The position numbers were made by a program, and so were the translations under genes. From an uncultured Chloroflexia bacterium (GTDB lineage: Bacteria; Chloroflexota; Anaerolineae; CG2-30-64-16): a DNA stretch of 64,000 nt. The stretch is from NCBI GenBank assembly GCA_963810095.1, contig CAWEMM010000007.1, forward strand, positions 594,559-658,558, written 5' to 3'. This document shows positions 1 to 10,383 of the stretch, in pieces (position 1 is the first letter of the stretch; each line of letters begins with the position of its first letter). The notes beneath the pieces were generated by a model that was not told the DNA's origin, searched no databases, and worked only from the letters and a program-made list of their open reading frames with translations.

Positions 1-1131
1 ATGCCGTTGAAGTTGGCCATCTCGTTGAACGCGCCGTGCAGCGTGCCCTCGGCCGATGCGCCGTTGTCCCCGATGATCACGTAGATCAACGTGTCGTCCA
101 TGATCCCGAGGCCTTCGATCGCAGAGACGACCCGGCCGACGTGGTAATCGGTGTGCTCCATGAACCCCGCGTAGACTTCCATTTCACGCTCGAGGATGGG
201 CTTCCATTCCGCGGGCATCTCGTCCCACGCCGGAATCTCCGCGTGGCGGGCGGTCAGCTCACAATCCTGTGGCACGACGCCGAGCGCCTTCTGGCGGGCG
301 AGCGTTTCCTCGCGCAGCTTGTCCCAGCCCTGGCTGAACTGGCCCTTGTACTTGTCGGCCCACTCCTTGGGGACGTGATGCGGCGCGTGGGTCGCTCCGG
401 GCGCAAAGTAGACGAAGAACGGCTTGTCGGGCATCAACGCCTTCTGGGTGTGGATCCAGGAGATCGCGTGGTCGGCCAGGTCCTCGGTCAGGTGGTATCC
501 TTCTTCGGGCGTCGCAGGCGGCTCAACCGCCGTGGTGCCCTCGAACAGCGCGGGGTCCCACTGGTTGTTCTCGCCGCCAATGAAGCCGTAGAAATACTCG
601 AAGCCGCCGCCGCCCGACGGCCAGTGCTCGAACGGACCCATCGGGTTGTTCTCCCACACGGGCACCTCGTGGCACTTACCGAACATGGCGGTCGAGTAGC
701 CGTTCAGCTTGAGCGTCATCGCGACAGGGGCCTTGGTGTTGGTGCGGATGGAGTTCTGGCCGGGCGCGGCGGTGGCCGTCTCGGTGATGTTGCCCATGCC
801 CACCGAGTGGTGGTTGCGACCGGTCATCAGGGCCTGGCGGGTGGGCGCGCAGAGTGCGCAGGTGTGGAAGCGGTTGTAGCGCAGGCCGGCCGCGGCCAGC
901 CTCTCGAAGGTCGGCGTCTGGCACGGGCCGCCGAACGCGCTCGGATGCACCAAAGCCGACGTCGTCGAGCAAGACGATCAGGACGTTGGGCGCGCCCGCG
1001 GGCGGGCGCAGCGGCTCGATGGGCGGATACTTCGTATCCGGGTCTTTGGCGTCGTAGGTCGTCAGGCCGAATTTGGGCACTTCCGGAATCGGAAGGTGCG
1101 CGCGCAGGTGTTGATCAGGTTGGTTTGCCAT
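1..1131 (-). CDS. Arylsulfatase (Cys-type), runs off the window edge; frameshift ~940
   Basis: PNVLIVLLDDVGFG, then in the alternate frame FGGPCQTPTFERLAAAGLRYNRFHTCALCAPTRQALMTGRNHH (CxPxR sulfatase motif); no signal peptide. Confidence 0.9.
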
Positions 1132-1250
1132 ACATTTCCTCCTGGTGTCATGCCCCGGCGCTCCGCTCTCGCCAATTGTGCGCACCGGGGCCTTCGCAAC
1201 GCCATCTCAAGCGCTGCCCGTTGGGGTCGGGCAGTCTATCGCTGTCAAGG

Positions 1251-1291
1251 TACGCCCTTTAGGGCGTGCAGGGAATGCCCAAAAGGGACCA
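1251..1291. promoter_or_regulatory. Two tandem 18-bp imperfect palindromes (candidate operator of the LuxR/MalT regulator)
   Basis: tacgccc-ttta-gggcgtg (1251-1268) and aatgccc-aaaa-gggacca (1274-1291); similar boxes at 2475 and 9954. Confidence 0.4.
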
Positions 1292-1361
1292 CTGTGGATG
1301 TAATGTTGTCAACTGCGCGTTCTGCCCCCCCGGAAATGAACCAGTATCCAGGCGAGAATCG

Positions 1362-1390
1362 GCTGGGGCCGGTCGGAGACCGGCCAACGC
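1362..1390. repeat. REP-like hairpin related to the core of the 2511-2617 element
   Basis: gctggggccggtcggagaccggcc matches both arms of the 2539-2593 hairpin. Confidence 0.6.
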
Positions 1391-1654
1391 ATCTTGGATA
1401 GATTGTAGGCCCCTGGCCCGTTCCGAGCCGATTCAGGAGTCATGCTGGCGCGACAGGGGGCGAGTTCGCGTCCGTCACACAGACTGGCTGGCGTGGGGGC
1501 ATGGGCAGCGCCGCAGACAGAAGCATTGAGCGCGTCTGGACTCCTGTTAGCGGCGCTCTCGCAAAGGGCCAACGCCGCGACCCGCAACGACGACGCGGGG
1601 CCTTGGATACTGGGACTCTAGCCGACATCTCGGCGGTGCACGCTAAACTGATGC

Positions 1655-1753
1655 GAAATGGGACACTGATGCAACTGATTGAACTGATCTGCACGGTCTT
1701 TTGGGTAAAGCGCGTGATAATCAGTCCGATCCGTTCAATCAGTGTCCCATTTC
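1655..1753. repeat. Long inverted repeat with internal ~9-bp periodicity (MITE-like)
   Basis: gaaatgggacactgat ... atcagtgtcccatttc perfect 16-bp arms; internal actgatNNN units. Confidence 0.75.
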
Positions 1754-1809
1754 ATCCCGCTTTGTCCGGCAGCGCGGGGTGAAGGTCTGGTCGCAAAGTG
1801 GAAAGGACT

Positions 1810-1843
1810 CGCTGTAGGGCGCGCTTTGGCGCGCCCTACAGCG
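1810..1843. repeat. GTAG-type REP-like hairpin / possible terminator
   Basis: cgctgtagggcgcgc-tttg-gcgcgccctacagcg, perfect 15-bp stem downstream of the DUF1269 gene. Confidence 0.7.
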
Positions 1844-1863
1844 CAACCCGTATTGCGATCAGC

Positions 1864-2382
1864 TTAGGCGGCGGGCGCATCCGCCGCGGGTTCGTCGGCC
1901 GGCAGCGACTCGGCGGCCGCGGCCGCTTCCTCGACTGCCTCGTCCGACACTTCGTACGCCTCTGCCGTGCCGCCGAGCTCCGCAAGCTTGGCCTTGACGG
2001 CCTCGACCTCAGCCGCATCGACCATCAGGCCCACTGCCGCCTTGCCGGCGTCCAATTCGGTGTTCAGCTTGGCCTGCTCGTCCTTCGAGATGTTCAGCCC
2101 CTTCTTGAACAGCGAACCCAGGACCGCGCCCCCGATCAGCCCACCCAGCAGGGTGACGCCGCCCGAAAAAACGCCCAGGATCACGCCGAGGACCGCGCCG
2201 CCCTTGGTCTTGCGCGAGCCCATCTTGTGCGTCTTGATCTTGCCCTTCTCGTCCTTGACCAGGATGCCGATGGCGCCCAGCTTGACGTCAGCGCTGGCCT
2301 TGTCCCACGCCTTGATCTGGTCGGCGGCGGCGTCCGCAGCGGCTTCGTCGGCGAAGAGAGCGAGTACGAGTTGCTTTCCCAT
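1864..2382 (-). CDS. DUF1269-like membrane-associated protein
   Basis: 172 aa; LVLALF..EAAA..A, ILVKDEKGKIK, glycine-rich hydrophobic hairpin GGAVLGVILG..GGLIGGAVLG; RBS aggag. Confidence 0.75.
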   Translation of the reverse strand: MGKQLVLALFADEAAADAAADQIKAWDKASADVKLGAIGILVKDEKGKIKTHKMGSRKTKGGAVLGVILGVFSGGVTLLGGLIGGAVLGSLFKKGLNISKDEQAKLNTELDAGKAAVGLMVDAAEVEAVKAKLAELGGTAEAYEVSDEAVEEAAAAAESLPADEPAADAPAA

Positions 2383-2474
2383 TGTGCATTCTCCTTGAGT
2401 GGTTGTTGCAGCCGCCAGGTCCTGATGACCTGTCCGGCCTACACTACACCATACGGCCCGGTAGAGTGGACCAC

Positions 2475-2492
2475 AACGCCCAAAATGGTGTA
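2475..2492. promoter_or_regulatory. Candidate 18-bp operator upstream of the DUF1269 gene
   Basis: aacgccc-aaaa-tggtgta, similar to the boxes at 1251, 1274 and 9954. Confidence 0.4.
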
Positions 2493-2510
2493 CTTAAGGC
2501 GTAGTTCTTG

Positions 2511-2617
2511 CTAAACGAGTCGCAGCGTGAAAATGTCCGCTGGGGCCGGTCTCTGACCGTGCCCCCCTGGCTCGGTCGGAGACCGGCCCCAGCAATTTCG
2601 CCTGGCGCTTGGTTTAG
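2511..2617. mobile_element. MITE-like element with imperfect terminal inverted repeats and an internal REP-like hairpin
   Basis: Ends ctaaacgagtcgcag ... ctggcgcttggtttag; internal stem gctggggccggtctctgaccg/cggtcggagaccggccccagc; shorter copy at 63809-63855. Confidence 0.65.
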
Positions 2618-2959
2618 TCCCGCAGCAGTTTCTGCTTCGCCAGGCTGAACTCCTCGTCCGTCAGCACCCCGGCGCCGTGCAGTTTGCCCAGCTGCTCCAA
2701 CTGTGCGACCAAGTCCGGCCTCTGGTTCGGCGCGGCCGCTACCGGGACAGCCGTGTACCGCGCCACACCTGGCCCCAACCCACGGTTGAATCGAGCGGCC
2801 GGCAGGCGAACCGGCCCCGCCGTGGGCTGGACGCCCGGCTGGAGGGCCGCCGCCTGGTAGCGCCGCCGCATTGCCGAGGAGGTCACCCCAATCACGCTGC
2901 CCACCACCACTGCGCCGAGCCAGCGCGCCTACAAGCCCGTCATGATCGAACATCAGCAT
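2614..2959 (-). CDS. SHOCT domain protein (5' frameshift ~2920)
   Basis: C-terminal DLVAQLEQLGKLHGAGVLTDEEFSLAKQKLL is a SHOCT signature; paralog of 24613-25002. Confidence 0.75.
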
Positions 2960-2976
2960 CGCCCCCCTGGTCTCGG

Positions 2977-4846
2977 CTAAGCCACCCGGGTGATGGCCGG
3001 CAGCACATAGGTCCCGTCCAAAATCTGCTGCTTGGGCTGGTAGAGGCGCATGATCGGCCGGAACGGACCGCTCTGCGGTGCAGGCAGCCAGTTCGACTCC
3101 TTGTCCGCGCCCGGCGAGTCCTTCTGGATGTACAGCGTCACCGAGCCGTCCGGCCCGTATTTCAACCCAGGCGTCCGGTCGCCGATGGAGTAGCGGTTGA
3201 TGGGGTTGGCGACCAGGTAGAACTCGGGCACGTCGTACATGGTCAGTGACCAGAACGCGTCGACAGGCGGGGCTCGGGCAGCGTCAGTTCGTACCGGTGA
3301 TCGCTGTGGAGCGGCTCGTTGTCCGCGTCCACATAGACAATGCTATAGTCGGCCTCATAGCCGTGATTGCCCCACAGGCCCGCCCGGGCCACCACGGCGC
3401 GCGTGACATAGGCGATAGTCCGGTCGGCGATAATCCACTCGGGCGCGTCCAGCGCGCCGATTTCGAAGAAGTCCAGCGTTGTAGTCGAACAGGTGCTTCG
3501 ACTCCTGCCAGCCGTTGACCGGCTTGGCCGCGGTGTTGATCAGTTCCTCGATCTTGTTCTGTGCGGCCTGCTGGCCCGCGACCAGCACCTGCGCCAGTGC
3601 CGGGCTGGCATTCACGTAGAGCGATTCCGCTGCGGTCAGCCCCAGCTTCTCGCAGATCGCCTGGAACGGCGCGTCGGCCGCAGGCGGCGGGAACGCCTGG
3701 AGTGCCACCCGGAACGCCTCCCACCACTTGAGCGTCGTCCCGCACGCGCGCGTCCGGCTCGGGCACGCCGGCGACTGCCGTGGGTTCGCCGCCCGCCAGC
3801 GGGGCCAGGGTGAACTGGTCCTGCAGCGCGTGGGCGGTGGGCAGGTCGGCCTCGCCGTTCACCGCGATACGGCCGACGATGGCAAACATGCCGGTCGGCG
3901 CGCAGACGAGATGCATGCCCTCGGGAATGGGGGCCGCGTAGTCGCGGGCCGCCAGCACATAGTCTGCCTCGGCAGTGCCCGTCGCGCGGCGCCCGATGTA
4001 CGCAAAGTTGTTCGTCCAGGCATCCACGAACTGCAGGACGTAGTAGCGGTCTGCTGTGTCCGGCGTGTGGAGCACCAGCGGACCTTCCCGCACGTCGCAG
4101 ATGGCGATCATGTAGAGCGTGTCGTTATTGGGCGAGACGAAATGAGCGTCGGGGCCCAGCAATTGGCGAGCATACCCCACCGTGTTGTAGGGCAGGGCCT
4201 GAGGCCCGACCAGGTTCGGCCCCCCTGGGAACTTGGCCATCTCGGTCAGGTTGTAGACGAGCGGGTAGCCGTAGATGTAGGCCTCGGCGGCCAGCTTGAC
4301 GTGCTCGGCCACGTCTGCACTGGCTGCCGAGGCAACCGCCGGCGCGGCGGCAGACGCCTGTTCGGCGGGCTCGGCTGCCGTCGCTTCGGCCTGTTCGACC
4401 ACCGCGTCGCCCATCTCATGTGTTTCTATGCGCGCGCCCAATGACGACAGGAATCCCGTGATCCCTACGACCTCATCGGGGTTCACCATCAGGCCCACCG
4501 CGGCCTTGCCGCCGTCGAGTTCGGCGTCGAGGTGGGCCATGTCGGCCTTCGAGAGGCCCAGGCCCTTGTGGAACAGCGAGCCGAAGACCCCGCCGATCAG
4601 CAGCCCTCCAAGGACCGTCAAGCCGCCCGATAGGAGGCTGGCCAGGCCGAACAGCAGCGCGCCGGTGCCTGTCCGCCGCGTGCCGAGCTTCTGCGTCTTG
4701 ATCTTGCCCTTGTCGTCTTTCACCAGGATGCCGATCGCTCCCAGCTTGATGTCCGGGCTGATGCGGTCCCAGTCCTTCACCTGCTTCACCGCGTCATCCG
4801 CGGCGGCTTCGCTGGCGAAGAATGCCAATATCAGTTGCTTACCCAT
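2977..4846 (-). CDS. DUF1269-DUF1254-DUF1214 fusion protein (frameshifts ~3730, ~3480, ~3280)
   Basis: N-terminus is paralogous to 1864-2382; AYIYGYPLV, SPNNDTLY, RYYVLQFVDAWTNNFAYIG (DUF1254); NPINRYSIGDRT..NWLPAP..MRLYQP (DUF1214). Confidence 0.85.
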
Positions 4847-4889
4847 GCGATTTCCTCCAAGTCAGTTCTGACTGCTACAACTGCCGCGC

Positions 4890-5648
4890 TTATTCGTACT
4901 TCGGTTCCCAGCCGGGTGCCATCTTCTCTTTGAGCGTTTCCCGGCGGGTGACCGTTCCCACGACATGTTCGGGCAGCCGGGGCAGCGGCTCTTCCCAGGC
5001 GAACCACAGGGCCGCGGTTCGGAACGAGAACCCGACGACGAACGAAATCAGCGTCGCCGGCCAGATCGACAGGCCCAGGTACTTGGACATGATCAGGAAG
5101 ACGACTGAGGTCAGCACGGCCGTCCCCACGAACCACTCGCCGCGGATGAACTGCTTGGCCGAGTGCCCTGCAGTGATGTCAATCAGGAAACGGCCGGCGG
5201 TGGGGCCGACGACGCCGATCGCGATGGCCGCAATGTCGGGCAGGCCGGCAGTCAGCGCGGCGCTCACGCCGATCGCCGCGTACCAGGGCAGTGAGAACGC
5301 GGTCATGAACTGGTAGAAGGTCTCGCGGAACTTCTGGCCGCCCTTGTAGGAGATCAGCATGCCGACGACGCCGGCCAGCAGGCACAGGATTAGGTACCAG
5401 GGGTTCGACAGTGCGCCCGGCACCTTGTTCAGCAGGACGTCGCGCGAGACGCCGCCGCCGATGCCGCCGAAGATCGCGAGGAGCAAGATGCCGACGATCG
5501 ACCACTGGCGGCCACGGTAGTAGTCGGGGCGCTGGGCCAGCAGCGCGCCGTTGAGTGCATTGGTGCTGGCCGCGATCAAATCGATGATCACGAAACTTCC
5601 GACTGTGATGAATGAAGCGAGGTAGGCCAACCATTGCTGGAATTCCAT
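4890..5648 (-). CDS. TRIC cation channel / UPF0126 family membrane protein
   Basis: GGIGGGVSRDVLL motif, 7 TM, internal duplication. Confidence 0.85.
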   Translation of the reverse strand: MEFQQWLAYLASFITVGSFVIIDLIAASTNALNGALLAQRPDYYRGRQWSIVGILLLAIFGGIGGGVSRDVLLNKVPGALSNPWYLILCLLAGVVGMLISYKGGQKFRETFYQFMTAFSLPWYAAIGVSAALTAGLPDIAAIAIGVVGPTAGRFLIDITAGHSAKQFIRGEWFVGTAVLTSVVFLIMSKYLGLSIWPATLISFVVGFSFRTAALWFAWEEPLPRLPEHVVGTVTRRETLKEKMAPGWEPKYE

Positions 5649-5754
5649 ATCACCGTGCCTCCGAGATAAACGAGAATCGTCTCGCCGGGTGGGCAGACAC
5701 AGGCCGGGCATACCACGCTCGAGGTCAGCCCGGCACTAGTCGTCGCCGTTGATG

Positions 5755-7380
5755 TTACTTCTGTGCGCCTTCCGCGATCACGGCGGCCGTGTCCTTCTCG
5801 TGATATTCCATCAGCAGCTTGCGCTCGTCGTCCTGCTTGGGGAACACGAAGAACACCAGCGCCGCGCCCACGACCACCGCGATGATGCCCGCGATGTACG
5901 CGGTTTGATCGCCGGCCAGGAACGACGCCTGGGCAGCCGACGTGATCTGGGTGGCATACTGCGGGTACTGCGCGGCGACGGCCTGCGCGCCCGCGTACGA
6001 CATCTCGAGGCTGTTAGCGACGTTGCTCGGGATGCTCGGGTCAGCCGCCGCCTGGGTTGCCATCGCAGCGGCATAGCCCGAGGCCAGCAGTGCGCCGAAG
6101 AGCGAGTTGAAGAGCGCGCCGCCCAGGTCGCGTTGCAGGTCGGCGGTGCCCGACGCCATGCCCGCCCGGGTCACGGGGACCGAGCCGGTCAGCGCGCGTG
6201 AGGCGGGCGTGCCCGCCAAACCGATGCCGATGCCCACGAAAGAGTAGGCCAGGCCAACAGGCAGGTAGGAGCTGCCCTCTTTCCACAGCAGCAGCATTGT
6301 CAGGAAGCCAAGGAGAACGAACACGTAGCCAATGAGGAACACCTGGCGCGAGCCGCGGGCCTCGACCAGCTTAGCCGAGCGCGGTGCGGCGAGGATCATG
6401 AGGAAGCCCGCCGGCAGCACCGCGGCGCCCGCAGCCACGGTCGAGTAGCCCAGCACGTCCTGCATGTACTGCTGGCCGATGAACATGGCGCCCATCAGCG
6501 AGCCGAAGACGATGATGCCCGCGAGCGCCGCCACCCAGAACGTCGGGCGAGCGGCAATCTTCAGATCGTACAGCGGATTGCCGGCGCGTCGCTGCCGGAC
6601 GACGAACAGCGCAGTCGCGACCGCAGCCGCGACGAGCAGCCCCACTGCGAGCTTCTGGTACGCGGGCACTGGCAGGAAGTTGAGCGACAGCACAAATGCG
6701 CCGATCAGTACGACCGATAGGATGCCGCCTAGATGGTCAACCGGCTCCTTGGTCTCATTCACATGCGCCGGGATGAAACGCAGCGCCATGATGAGCGCCA
6801 CAACCGCCAGCGGCACCACCACGACAAAGACCGAACTCCATGGGAATACGGTCAGCAGCAGCCCCGACAGCAGTGGCCCCGTCACCGAAATGGCGCCGCC
6901 GATGGCCGCCCACAACGCAATCGAGCGCGTGCGGCCCGGTCCGGGCCCCCACAGGGCCGCGATGAGCGCCAGGGTTGTGGGGTAAGCCATACCTGCCGCA
7001 AAGCCGCCGAAGAGCCGGCCGAAGATCAGCACGTTGATCGTAGGCGCAAAGCCCGAGATGAGCGCGGCCGGGATTGCCAATGTGACGCCCAGCAGCGCCA
7101 TCAGCTTGCGCCCGTAGCGGTCGCCCACCGCGCCCAGCCACAGCACCGAGCACGCCAGGCCTAGCGAGTAGGCCACGGCGACCAGATTCAGTTGCGTTTG
7201 TGAGGCGTCGAAATAGACGCCGATCGACGGCAGAGCGACGTTGGCCATCGCCAGCGGTAGGTTGGCGACCGCTGCGACAATAATCAACGTGCCCAGCACC
7301 AACCCTGCCTTGGCCGGAGCAGTCGCGCCTGACGGCACTTGCGGCCCTGCGGGCATTGCGGAAGCGACACTTACGGACAT
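5755..7380 (-). CDS. MFS transporter (DHA2-like, 14 TM)
   Basis: GAVGDRYGRK motif A; ANVALPSI; 541 aa, hydrophobic. Confidence 0.9.
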   Translation of the reverse strand: MSVSVASAMPAGPQVPSGATAPAKAGLVLGTLIIVAAVANLPLAMANVALPSIGVYFDASQTQLNLVAVAYSLGLACSVLWLGAVGDRYGRKLMALLGVTLAIPAALISGFAPTINVLIFGRLFGGFAAGMAYPTTLALIAALWGPGPGRTRSIALWAAIGGAISVTGPLLSGLLLTVFPWSSVFVVVVPLAVVALIMALRFIPAHVNETKEPVDHLGGILSVVLIGAFVLSLNFLPVPAYQKLAVGLLVAAAVATALFVVRQRRAGNPLYDLKIAARPTFWVAALAGIIVFGSLMGAMFIGQQYMQDVLGYSTVAAGAAVLPAGFLMILAAPRSAKLVEARGSRQVFLIGYVFVLLGFLTMLLLWKEGSSYLPVGLAYSFVGIGIGLAGTPASRALTGSVPVTRAGMASGTADLQRDLGGALFNSLFGALLASGYAAAMATQAAADPSIPSNVANSLEMSYAGAQAVAAQYPQYATQITSAAQASFLAGDQTAYIAGIIAVVVGAALVFFVFPKQDDERKLLMEYHEKDTAAVIAEGAQK

Positions 7381-7685
7381 GGTTCCGCTCCTTCAGACAA
7401 TTTCTTCCGACTGCCGGCGAGCCTCCGGCGATCCTGCATTCCGGTCGGACCTCTCGACGCGCCCGAACTTGATGACAAACCGTAGACTCCGCGGCCTGCC
7501 CGCCCTCGTCATTGGAGAGAGTTGCATCGGCCACATTCGCCCGCACGACTCCGCCGCCGGCCCTCCGGTGCACCGTGCGTGCCCCGCGTGGGACCGGCTG
7601 CATCCCGTGCCAGGAGGCGCAATGCGCGGCCTCCTGGCCGGAATCCATCTGGCCGGCAAAACTCACGGTTTCGCCGGCCAGAACA

Positions 7686-9302
7686 CTACGCCGCAGGCGG
7701 GATATCGCCCGGCAGCTCGACGTCTGGCAGGTCGGCTGCCGGCAGTTCAGCTGCGGGCAGATCGACAGCGGGCGCAGCGGCCGTATCCGCGACGACAGAC
7801 TTCGCTTCGGCCTCGGCCAGGCTGGCCTCGGCATTCCGGTACCAGCGTACCAACTGGAACTTCGCAACGTCCGTGCCGCCCAGGCCAAAGGCCAACGCGA
7901 CCGCAAGCGCAACGCCGGCCAGGATCAGGCCGAATGTGAGGTTGACGACGTCGTTGGCGATGCCCATCTGGTCCAATGCCATGGCCACCGCAAAGACGAC
8001 GATCGCGAGCCGGGCCAGCAGCGCCAGCACCTGCCTCTGCTTGAGGCGGGTGGCCAGGATCAGCTTGCTGGTGAAGTTGGCCAGGTAGATGCCGATGACG
8101 ATGATGATGAACGCCAGGGCCAGCCGGGCCAGGAAGGCGATGAACGCGGTCAGGATGGCCACCATGGCGGCCCAACCGAGGAGGTCGACGACGGCCAGCG
8201 TGGCAAACAGCATGACCACAAAGAGAATCAGGTAGCCGGCGATGCGCGACGGGCCCACTGCAGGGGTATCGGAGATCTCGCCCAGGCTGAGCCGGGCGAC
8301 CAGGTTGTCAAACCCGGCATTGGTCAGCAGGCGTGTCACCAGGTCTGCGATCACCCGGGCGACCATGTAGGCGACGAACAGAATCACGATGGCCATGAAG
8401 ATCTTGGGGATGGCCAGCAAGACCTGCGTCAGCATGTCCGCCATTGGCTGGGCGAGGTAGGTCAGGCCCAAGGCGTTCAGGGCGGCGATGGCAACCGGGA
8501 TGAAGACGATGATGTACACGACCAGGCCCAGCAGCCCGGACAGATTCCCCTTGCCCAGGTACTTGCCGAGGCCGACGCGGTCGCTGATGGCGTCGAGGCC
8601 GAGCGCGTGCAGCGCCGACGTGATCAGCCGCTGCAGGATGCGGGCGACGAACAGGCCGATGACGATGATGACGACCGCCATTGCCAGCCGGGGCAGGAAG
8701 GCCAGGATGCTCGTAATCATGGCCTGGATCGGGGCGAGGATGCCCATCAAGCCAAGCACGCCCAGGATCGCCGGCAGGAACAGCAGCCAGACCAGCCAGT
8801 AGACCGCTTCGCCGATCGCGGTGGAGATGGGCGCCTCGTTCATGCCCGCAGGTTCGGTCACCTTCTTGTCCGCACCGGCGGTATGGAGCACACGGGTGAC
8901 GAGGGCGCGCAGGATGCGGGCAACGATCCAGGCGACGACTGCCAGGACGACCGCGTAGGCGAACCGTGGCAGGTACGCAAAGACCGATACGAGCATGGTG
9001 CCAAACAGCGCGGTAATCGCCGTGAGCCCGAGCGCGTTTAGCGCGGCCAGCACGGTAAGGAAGACGATCAACCAGTAAACGACCTGGGTGATCACCTTCT
9101 CCACGCTCATAGGTTTGTCGCCTGCGCCCTCCATGCCGCGTGCGAGGCGGTCGTCAAGCTTGAGCCACCTGAGCAGCCGCCGCGTGACGCCGGCGAGCAG
9201 GCGCGCGATCAGCCAGCCGATCAGCAGGATCAGCAGCGCGGCGACGACGCGCGGGATCCAGATCTGCGCTTGCTGCAGCAGCCACTGGCCAAAGTTCTCC
9301 AT
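7686..9302 (-). CDS. Conserved TM-helix repeat protein (MscS N-terminal/CmpX-like)
   Basis: Repeated LPR..A..I..IG..(V/I)AR units; C-terminal ALAFGLGG motif; acidic xLPxx tail. Confidence 0.8.
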   Translation of the reverse strand: MENFGQWLLQQAQIWIPRVVAALLILLIGWLIARLLAGVTRRLLRWLKLDDRLARGMEGAGDKPMSVEKVITQVVYWLIVFLTVLAALNALGLTAITALFGTMLVSVFAYLPRFAYAVVLAVVAWIVARILRALVTRVLHTAGADKKVTEPAGMNEAPISTAIGEAVYWLVWLLFLPAILGVLGLMGILAPIQAMITSILAFLPRLAMAVVIIVIGLFVARILQRLITSALHALGLDAISDRVGLGKYLGKGNLSGLLGLVVYIIVFIPVAIAALNALGLTYLAQPMADMLTQVLLAIPKIFMAIVILFVAYMVARVIADLVTRLLTNAGFDNLVARLSLGEISDTPAVGPSRIAGYLILFVVMLFATLAVVDLLGWAAMVAILTAFIAFLARLALAFIIIVIGIYLANFTSKLILATRLKQRQVLALLARLAIVVFAVAMALDQMGIANDVVNLTFGLILAGVALAVALAFGLGGTDVAKFQLVRWYRNAEASLAEAEAKSVVADTAAAPAVDLPAAELPAADLPDVELPGDIPPAA

Positions 9303-9356
9303 GTCGGTTCTCCTTCCCGGATGTGTGGGTGGGTGATTACCGGACGGGCCGGTGGA

Positions 9357-9581
9357 TTAGCCGGCCCGGGTCCTCCAGAAAACGTGCAGCACTGCACCGG
9401 CTCCGCGGCAAGCGCTCACCTCGCTCGGCCAGCAAACCGTAATCGATGAACGTGTCGCGTGCGCGCCGAGGGTTGCCGGCCAGGCGGCAATGGAGGCCGT
9501 CTTGCCGAAACCGGCGCCCGCACGCATCGTGGCGAGGGGTTTGCCGGGCGCCGCCGCGAGACCACTGCGCGGTCGGATCAT
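9357..9581 (-). pseudogene. Remnant of the 5' end of a MalT-like LuxR regulator
   Basis: IRPR...ATMRAGAGFGKTASIAAW resembles IERPRL...ISAPAGYGKTALVSHW of 27320-30052, then degenerates. Confidence 0.55.
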
Positions 9582-9597
9582 TGCGGGGGGCTGCCGC

Positions 9598-9858
9598 CTA
9601 CGGGGCTGCGTCCGCCATCCGCTTCACGTCGAGCAGTGGGTATCCCATGTCGTAGAGCTCGGTGAGGACGCTGATGAGGCATGCCTGGTCGATGACCATG
9701 CCGGTCAGGGTCGTGGTGGGGGGATCGCCCCGCACTTCACTCAGGCAACCGGTCATCCCGCAAAAGGGATCGAGGCGAGGCGCGGCGAAGCGCCCCAGAA
9801 CCCGAATCCGGTAGGTGCCAGGTGCATCGAACAGGTTGCTCTTGGCGTCGGCCTTCAT
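9598..9858 (-). CDS. Small conserved protein (ACT/ferredoxin-like fold inferred), paralog of 26797-27036
   Basis: YRIRVLG...TTLTGMVIDQACLISVLTELYDMGYPLLDV. Confidence 0.75.
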   Translation of the reverse strand: MKADAKSNLFDAPGTYRIRVLGRFAAPRLDPFCGMTGCLSEVRGDPPTTTLTGMVIDQACLISVLTELYDMGYPLLDVKRMADAAP

Positions 9859-9953
9859 GCTCCGGCTCCTTAAACGCGGCGCGGGGCAGCCAGGATCGGC
9901 CGCTTACCCGCGCCAAACCCGCCCTTATCATCGCGCTCTCTGCAACGGAGCTA

Positions 9954-9971
9954 AAGGCCCATTTTGGTGTA
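9954..9971. promoter_or_regulatory. Candidate 18-bp operator
   Basis: aaggccc-attt-tggtgta upstream of the 9858 gene. Confidence 0.4.
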
Positions 9972-9990
9972 ATTGGATGTAGTGTGGAGG

Positions 9991-10290
9991 TTAGCGGTGT
10001 CTGCGCGGGGAGTTTGCTCGTCCTCCCCCGGCCCAGAGCAGTACGCCCAGGAGGAAGCCGAAGACGTACCCGTTCCCGCTGTTGTGCACGTCGAAGACGT
10101 GCACACTGTCATTGAACAGGGAGCGGACGACCGTGACCGGCGCGCTGAAGCCGTGCCACAGACCGTGCCAGAACCCGGCGATTCTGCCGTTTTCGTCCGG
10201 CGTGTTCACGAGGGGGTTGGGTCCCGCGCTCCAGTTCCCCATCCTTGCGATCATTCCGGCCAGCGGCCCTTCTGATGTGATCTTTTCCAT
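9991..10290 (-). CDS. Small hypothetical membrane protein
   Basis: AGFWHGLWHG and HNSGNGYVFGFLLG motifs; upstream aggag. Confidence 0.65.
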   Translation of the reverse strand: MEKITSEGPLAGMIARMGNWSAGPNPLVNTPDENGRIAGFWHGLWHGFSAPVTVVRSLFNDSVHVFDVHNSGNGYVFGFLLGVLLWAGGGRANSPRRHR

Positions 10291-10383
10291 ACCTGCATCT
10301 CCTGTGCTATGAACTGCCCCAGCGCATTTGCGGGCAGGGGCCTCCGTTCTCATTCCACTGCGTCCCGAAAGGCTGCAACCGGC

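Noticed and set aside
36-1262. Long + strand ORFs (36-1262, 7512-9041, 20660-22693 and similar)
   Set aside because: Antisense shadows of well-supported minus-strand genes, typical of high-GC DNA
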